From: Octopus vulgaris
Lineage: Eukaryota
DNA length: 64,000 nucleotides
Assembly: GCA_951406725.2 (NCBI GenBank)
Contig: OX597824.1
Span: 66,774,001-66,838,000 of the forward strand
Direction of reading: 5' to 3'
Shown here: piece by piece, positions 56,214 through 64,000 of the stretch
Layout of the letters: each line of letters begins with the position of its first letter
Position numbering within the stretch: the first letter of the stretch is position 1
Translations under genes and position numbers: made by a program
Notes under the pieces: generated by a model
The model's database searches: none
Told to the model about the DNA's origin: nothing
What the model saw: the letters and a program-made list of their open reading frames with translations, nothing else

Positions 56214-56744
56214 TATATATCAAAAATATATTATTGCATTGTGGGAATACTTGGACATTGACTGTCTGAAGATCAGTAGAAGTTGGAGAGAAAACCAAGT
56301 CAATGAAGTCCTTTGAACATGTAATGTGAACCAAAATATATTTTTAATCAGTTGAAATTTAACTTGTAATGAGAAGAAAAATTATGAGTCTTAATGACAA
56401 TTTTTGGTAAGAAAGGCAAGGGACATAACTCTGAAATTCAAACATAAATTGATTGGGGACACACAATGAGGAATTATATTTCTGGCAAGTTCAGTGAAGC
56501 AAATACATATATTTACCAGAGATTAGAATGAATGAAAGGATTAAAATTTTGTGTGAAAAATATTCACTTTTTAGGCAATTTAAACTAAGAATGTGGAAAA
56601 ATTTGTCTTGGCTGCATGGTAAGTAGTTTGCTTCCCAACCACATGGTTCCAGGTTCACTCCCACTGCTGGGCACTTTGGGCAAATGTCTTCTACTATAGC
56701 CTTGTGAGTGGATTTGGTAGACAGAAACTGAAAGAAGCCCATTG

Positions 56745-58082
56745 TATCATCATTGTTTAACATCTACTTTCCATGCTGGTATGGGTTGGATAGTTTGACT
56801 GAGGGCTGGCAAGCCAGGAAGCTGCACCAGGCTCCAATCAGACCTGGCAAGGTTTCTACAGCTGGATGCCTTTCCTAACACCAACCACTCCGAGAGTGTA
56901 GTGGGTGCTTTTTACACGGCATCGATCACACTCAAACGGTGCTTTTTACATACATACCACCAACACTGGTATCAGCCATGCTCAAATGGTGCGTCTTACA
57001 TGCTACCAGTATGGGTGCCATCAGGCAGTACTGGCGTTGGCCACGACTATGATTTTACTTGACTCAACAGCATATTGCCCAGTGATTGAAAGGTACTTTT
57101 CAATGGGCCAGTTATGTGACACTGGCATCAGCCACAGCTACGATTTCACATGCTCTGGGTTTTCTCAAGTGCAGCATATCTCCAAAGGTCTCAGTTGCTT
57201 GTCATTGCTTCTGTGAGGCTCAGCGTTTGAGGGTTGTGCTTCACCACCTTGTCCCATGTCTTCCTGGATCTATCTCTTCTACAGCTTCCCTCCATTGTTA
57301 GGGTGTGACACTTCTTCACTCAGCTGTCCTCATCCATGTAAGATGGACAGGAAAAAACAAGGATGGGTCATTCGCAAGTTCCTCTCATCAGTAAAGTTAC
57401 TAAATTATCCTTACAGTTTTGGGAAGTTACACTTGAGAATGTTAGAGGTTTATCTTTGGCTAGGAATTTCTCCTGCAGCTGTCTTACCAGAAATATAGCA
57501 TCAGTGTTGCTTCTCCCTGGCACAAACCCAAACTACATCGCATCTAAACTAACTTTCTCCCTAATTAGTTGGGCTGTCACCCTCTCCCTGACTTTCATCA
57601 CCTGATCCAACAGTTTGATACCTCTGTAATTATTCCTATCTAATGCAACACCTTTACCTTTGTAGTAGTTGATTATGGTGCTGCTACACCAGTCATTATG
57701 TATGACTCCTTCATGTATCACCTGGTTGACTATATGAATGACTAGACTACAGCCTACACTGTCAGATATTTTAAGCATCTAAGCAGTGATTCCTGATGGG
57801 CCAGGGGCTTTCTCTATCTTCATTCCTTTAATTGCTTTATCTACCAAGGTAGTGTCAATTCAAAAAGCTGGCCCCTCTGTTGGGTTGACATTGGGCAGAC
57901 TCTCTTTCACCCTTTCATTCTCTTCATTTAGCAACCTTTCCTAGTAGTGTCTTCAAGTCTCTCTCTTTGCAGCATCATTAAAAGCAAGTGAGCCATCATC
58001 CATGCAGACACATGATATCACAATTCTCTCTCACACACTGTCATACAATACAAAACACTCATGTCTCTGGTCCTCACTACGC
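56745..58082 (-). mobile_element. Older RTE LINE fragments (3' UTR plus RT N-terminus)
   Basis: ORF 57533-57778 is homologous to 23996-25081 (YKGKG..LD.NNYRGIKLLDQVMKV). Confidence 0.85.
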
Positions 58083-58643
58083 AATGTATATATTTGTGTG
58101 TGTTTGTGTGTCTATGTTTGTCCCCCCACCATTGCTTGGCAATTGACATTAGTGTGTTTACATCCCTGTAACTTAGAGGTTCGACAAAAGAGTGCGATAG
58201 AATGAGTACTAGGCTTACAAATGATAAGTCCTGGGGTCGATTTGTTCAACTAAAGGCAGTGCTCCAGCATGGCTGCAGTTAAATGACTGAAACAAGTAAA
58301 AAGAATGTATTCTGCATGTAGCCTATGTACTTAAGTGTAAGTTATGTAATATCATAAACCAAGAAGAATTAATTTTTAATCAATTGAAATCTAGGATTAA
58401 TTGCAATTCTTATTAAGAAAGGCAAAGAAGCAGTTACCTCTGTTGTCAACAAATGATTTCTCTCACACTGAAAAGGAGAGACAGTATAAATAATATATCA
58501 AAAATGTATTATTGCATTGTGGGAATACTTGGACATGTAATGTTAATTTGAGTACAAAATTTAGATATGTGAGCCTGGCATTAAAAGTACCTGTCAGTGT
58601 ATGCAGAGGAGATGAGGGTACTAGTATAGACATGATGTGAATG

Positions 58644-61292
58644 AATAATAATAATAATAATAATTGTGTACAGTGCTCAGGTGCACTACAACTCATCTAA
58701 AGTGTATATATAATCAGGTGTAGTTTCGGCGGATTTCGGAAAGCATGAGGGCCTTAAAGGATGCAGTATCATGGCAGTCAACAACTGACGCAGGCAGTTT
58801 ATTCCATGCTTCAGCAACTCTGAGCGTGAAAAAATGTTTCCGAAAGTCATGGGAGCTGTGTTGTTTTCTGACTTTGTAGGCATGTCCACGTGTGTTAGAC
58901 ACATGGAGATCAAAAAGGTGTTCAGTGTTGTTGTTGGTGAGGTGGTTGATAACCTTGTGGGTGTTTACCAAGTCCGTCGCCAGACGCCGGAGCTTCAGTG
59001 AATCCATGCCCAGGGAAACAAGGCGCTCAGAATATGGTAGGTGTCTGATGGAGGGTATGCGTTTGGTTGCACGTCTCTGGACAGATTCCAGGAGGTCAAT
59101 GTTCTGAGCAAGATAGGGATTCCAAACTGATGATGCGAATTCCAAGTGTGGTCGTACCATAGCTGTATACAGTTTTAAATAGATGGCTGGAGAGCGGCTA
59201 ACAAAAGTCTTGCTGAGTGATGCCAAGACACCCTCGGCCCTCCTGACAATTTTAGAGATGTGCTTTGTCCAACGCAAATCACTGCTGACAGTGATGCCTA
59301 GGTCACGCTCGCAAGAGGATTTCTTGATATCAGTGTTGTGGAGGGAGTATGTGGACGCAGGGTTTTTCTCCCAAAATGCATGGTGGTACACTTGTCCACA
59401 GCCAGTTTCAGTTGCCAGTCTGTGATCCATTGCTGCATTGTGTCTAGGTCTGATTGCAGGAAAGAGTTGTAGACATCAGGATCAGTCCTCTTGATTTCAA
59501 GGTACAGCTTGATGTCGTCTGCATATTTCAATACTGTGGCATTCTTTAAATTGGCATCTATGTCATTAATGTATGCCACAAACAGGAGGGGACCAAGGAC
59601 AGATCCCTGTGGTACACCCGATGACATCTCATATGGTGTAGAGTGCTGTCCTAGAACTGTGACTACCTCCTTTCGGCTGAGGATGAAGGATTTCAACCAG
59701 TTAAAAAGGTCATCCCCCACACCCATTGCAGAGAGTTTCACCATAAGCCTTTTGTGTGGCACAGAGTTGAAAGCCTTAGCAAAGTCAAGGTAGACAACAT
59801 CCACCCATGAGCCACTGTCAGTGATCTGAGTAATGTCCTCAAGGAACTCGACAAGCTGGTCACTGCAGCTGGAGTTAGGGACAAATCCATATTGTGAGGG
59901 TCGGATGAGACTGTGAGAGCTCCAGAAGTTCCAGAGTGTTTCTCTGACACACGATTCCATCAGTTTTGCAATACAGCTAGTGAGACTGACTGGGCGATAG
60001 TTGACAGGTGATGTGCGGTCACCCTTTTTGAACAGAGGAATGACACTGGCAGTTTTCCACTGCTCCGGAGTAGCACCATTGTTGAGACAGTACTGGAAGA
60101 AAATAGAAAGCTGGTGTAAAAGGAAGTGCCTGCCTCGTTTGAGAAGCAGGTATGTAACTCCATCGAGACCAGGGGAGGCATAGTTGCGCTTATTTTGAAG
60201 GTGACGTCGCAGCATTGCAGGTGTAAATTCCATAGTTGTTATGGAGTTTGCTGTTAGTGATGGTGAAGATGGTACATTTTGACTTTCAACAGTGAATATG
60301 TTTGCATAGCACTCGGCAATGAGTTCTGCGCATTCATTGGGGTCGTCAGTGATCTGGTTTGTGTGAGGGTTGCGAAGAGGGCCCACTGGAGAGTGAGGTC
60401 TCTGCTTTGAATGCACATATTTCCAGAAAACCTTACTGTCAGGATTGGCTGCTATGCACTGTTCAAATTCAAGCACTGCATTTTTTGTCACTTGCTTGAG
60501 ATGGTTGGAGGATTTATTCCGCTTCTTCCTGTTGGTGTCTGATTTATGCAACTTGTATTCCTGTTCAGCAGTCCGACGTTCCTTTCTGGCAAGTCGGACC
60601 GCTGAAGTTTCCCAAATTGCCCTTTTGGGGCGGTTCTTCTTTTTTTGTTTACGTGGCACTGATGCTGCACATGCTGCCCATATTGAGTCCAGGATACTCT
60701 GGAGTATAGTATTCACATCTCCAGAGTTGTAGAATTCACGCCAGTTTGGGTGCTGTAGTTCAGTGTGGTACAGGTTCCAATCTGCTCTCTTCCAATCGAA
60801 GGAAGCAGATTGGAGATGGTTCAGGTGTTTGTTGCCCGCAAGAGCCAGATTGGTGATGATCATAGCATGATCAGAGTCACCTAGAGGTTCCTCCGTAGTG
60901 CAATTGATAACCGCTTCAGGAGTTGTGGTGAAGAGCAGGTCCAAGGTGTTGTCGCCTCTTGTTGGAGAGGTGACTACTTGCGACCAGTTTGAGTCCAGCA
61001 CAAGCTCAACAAAATCGTTTGCACTCTGTGGCCAATGGAAGGTTTCCCAATCGATCTCAGGATGATTGAAATCGCCTGCAATAAACACATAAGTGGCTGT
61101 TTTCCTGGCAGCAGCTCGGAGGATGTTGCAAAGCTGTGTGTCCTGATGGTAATTTGGGGGACGATAAACAACGCCAAGCAGGAGTGTTGACATGGTCATA
61201 CGTACGTCACAGAAAAAAACTTCTTGTGATTCGTTCAAATCGGCACAAGGAATTACCAAAAAATTTTTGAGTACTGGCTGGAAATGTCCCAT
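58644..61292 (-). mobile_element. CR1-clade LINE ORF2 (APE plus RT), 5'-truncated, one frameshift, (ATT)n tail
   Basis: VYRPP, GDFN, TLDL, SDH (APE); YLDFAKAF, GVPQGSVLGP, YADD (RT); ERDLG...VRPHLE...LESVQRRATK...TRGH...RVAEAWNKLP C-terminus. Confidence 0.95.
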
Positions 61293-61315
61293 ATGTGGAG
61301 TACCAGCAGTTGACT

Positions 61316-61636
61316 TGGAGGTGCAATGGCCCAGTGGTTAGGGCAGCGGACTCACGGTCGGAGGATCGCGGTTTTGATTCCCAGACTGGGCGTTGTGTGT
61401 GTTTATAGAGTGAAAACACCTAAAAAAGCTCCATGAGGCTCCGGCAGGAGGTGGTGGCAACCCTTGTTGTACTCTTTCGCCATAACTTTCTCTCACTCTC
61501 TCTTCCTGTTTCTTGAGTAACGCTGGGATGGACTAGTGTCCCGTCCAGCTGGGGGGAACACATACACCACAGAAACCGGGAAACCAGGCCCATGAGCCTG
61601 GCTAGGCTTGAAAAGGGTGCCGTTTATCGTTTTAGT
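61316..61636 (+). mobile_element. tRNA-derived SINE with TSD
   Basis: Same family as 7927-8240; TSD agttgact at 61308 and 61637. Confidence 0.85.
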
Positions 61637-61995
61637 AGTTGACTAAGACCAAAGAAGGTGAGATAAAAAGTGGTGAGATCAAATTTCAGGAGGTGTTGAT
61701 GGAACATTGATACATATGGCTGCATGCTATGTGGCATGTCTGTTCAGTTTGTGCCAGAAGTAAACCTTTGGCATAATATAAAGGTTTTAAATAGTGCATT
61801 GAGAATCAGTTGGTAAATGAATGCTTCAAAATTGATGGTATCTGTTGACTTACATTGATTGGCCATTGAAAAGTACCTTACTTGGAAACAGGTAAGGGTT
61901 GGGAACAGGAAAAGCACCCAGCCATAGAAAATCTGCCTCAATAAACTCCAACCAAAACATACAAGCATGGTAAAGTAGATATCAAAATAATGAAT

Positions 61996-62307
61996 AACAA
62001 AAGCACTCAGAGAGCGCAAACTTCCACCAATGCAACACCAACATCCTCTTATTGATTAACCGGAGATGATTTTTAAAATGAGAATATCTGAAATAAAATC
62101 CTTCAATGAATATCATGAGAACTTTTGGTTTTCTCTTCTCTTCAATTTCAGTTTTTCTTTAGTAATCCTGTTGTATTAGATCGATGTATAGAATTATATA
62201 TATACATAAGTATACTGTAAAGTGTTAAAATGTATGTAATAATCTCCTAATAAAATAATGAGCATTGTCTTTTTATATATGTGTGTGTGTGTATATACAT
62301 ACATATA

Positions 62308-62370
<63 letters not shown>

Positions 62371-63462
62371 GAGCCAGAGTGAGAGGTGAAGGTAGAGGAG
62401 ATAAATGGCAAAGAGAGCATTGTATGAATGAGAAAGGAAGGGGTGACAGATGAATAACAAGGGAAGGAGTGAAAAAGCCGATAAATGGTGTCTGAAGTGT
62501 GAGTATATGTGTGTGTAAAAGAGAGATATGCATGTATGTGTGTATGTGTGTGTGTGTGTGTGTGTGTGTACAATAGAAATGGGATGGTAATGTTCAACAC
62601 TGAAAATGTGTGAGTATATGTGTGCGTGTACATGAAAAGTATGTGAAACTTTACATGTAAAGTAAAGACAATATAAAAAAATAACCCCAAATCCTTGTCT
62701 GGAACTGGATTGATCCCAAAATTTAACTGTTCATGCCAGACACGAGGCCAAACATCCCTGAAAGTTTCTTCCGAAATCATCCAGTGGTTCATGAGATATC
62801 ATGTCCATGGACAAACAAATAAACACAACTGAAAATAATACCTCCACCTTTGCTACGGTGGAGTTAACAGCAATAATAACAAGAACACTAAGCGAGTGCA
62901 AACCTCCCCCAAGGAAACACCAACATCCTCTCAACAATTAGCCAGAGATGATTTTTAAAATGAGAATATCGGAAATAAACTCAATTGCTCTCACAAACAA
63001 GAATACTAAAAATGAAACTGACTGCTCACAAGAATTAAGTAAAAAAAATGCAAAAATAATCCAGAATCCTTGTCTGGTACCTGATCGATCCCAATAGTAG
63101 TCATGGAATGTGAAGGTACTGTAGAAAATTTAGTAACAGTAATAAATAGTTTATCTTTATCTAATACAAGCCAAAGTTAACAAATTCACCATTCAAAATA
63201 GTTACAAGCTAAAGGGAGATAACCGAGAAAGACTTGAAAGTTAACGTAAAATCGTAATCATGTAAAGTAAATATAACAAACAATTCAGAATTTTTGTCTG
63301 GTACCAGATCGATCCCAAAATTTAATCAGTTCGTACGAGTCACGAGGCCAAACATCCCTGAAAGTTTCATCCGAATCCATCCAGTGGTTCTTGAGATATC
63401 TTGTCCAAACAAACAAATATGACTGAAAACAATACCTCCGCCTTCGCTAAGGCAGAGGTAAT
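61996..63462 (+). mobile_element. Tandem copies of a Helentron/HINE-like element with internal repeats and 3' hairpin
   Basis: Repeated starts aacaa(a/g)a..act.ag.gag.gcaaac at 61996 and 62878; repeated core at 62690, 63066 and 63290; 3' hairpins at about 62838-62865 and 63433-63460. Family assignment is inference. Confidence 0.55.
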
Positions 63463-64000
63463 AATAACGGTTTTAAATTTTGGCACAAGGTCAGTAAATG
63501 TTGGGAGAAGGGGTAAGTCGATTACATTGACCTCAGTGTTCAACAGGTACCTATTTTATTGATCCCAAAAGGATGAAAGGTAAAGTTGACCTTGGCGGAA
63601 TTTGAACTCAATGTAAAAATGGATAAAATCCTGCAAAGCATTTTTCCTAGCAGGTTAACGATTCTGCCAGCTCCCTCCTTAATAACGATAGTAATCTTAT
63701 GCTATAATAAGAGCCTCGTCTGTCCGAAGCCATCAGTAATTAGATAGAGGAGAAGTAGAGTTAGAAAGAGAGGGGGAGGTAGAGAAGTAGAGTTGAGAAG
63801 GGGAAGGAGAAAAAGAAAGAGATAGATAGATAGATAGACAGAGATTTATGATACTGGTAATGCACACATACACACATGTATATATATGAGCAGAGATGAA
63901 AATTAACAGGTCATTTTATTCCCACCAGTCAGTTTGTGAATTCAGCAAAAAGGTAAGATAAAACTTCCATCATTGATACAAAGGCTTTTGCATCTGAGAA

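Overview
AT-rich, repeat-dense eukaryotic DNA. The SINE/LINE repertoire looks cephalopod, probably Octopus (inference from recognised repeat families). The one host gene I can assemble is a complete, intact ribonuclease T2 (RNASET2-like) on the + strand. It has nine short coding exons between 6034 and 39366 (750 nt, 249 aa), a signal peptide and both catalytic motifs (WVIHGIWP, FWKHEWEKHGTC); the ORF track misses it. The rest is transposon debris: RTE, CR1, Tx1/L1, R4/Dong, HERO-type, Penelope (two clades), Gypsy, Tc1/mariner, hAT and Helitron elements, tRNA-derived SINEs and microsatellites. The most striking non-gene signal is several unrelated small Penelope-type fold-back elements carrying minimal type I hammerhead ribozyme motifs. 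Two of these motifs have intact cores and lie on the sense strand of RNase T2 introns, alongside long or perfect palindromes. There is also a duplicated pair of candidate 30-nt minus-strand microexons.
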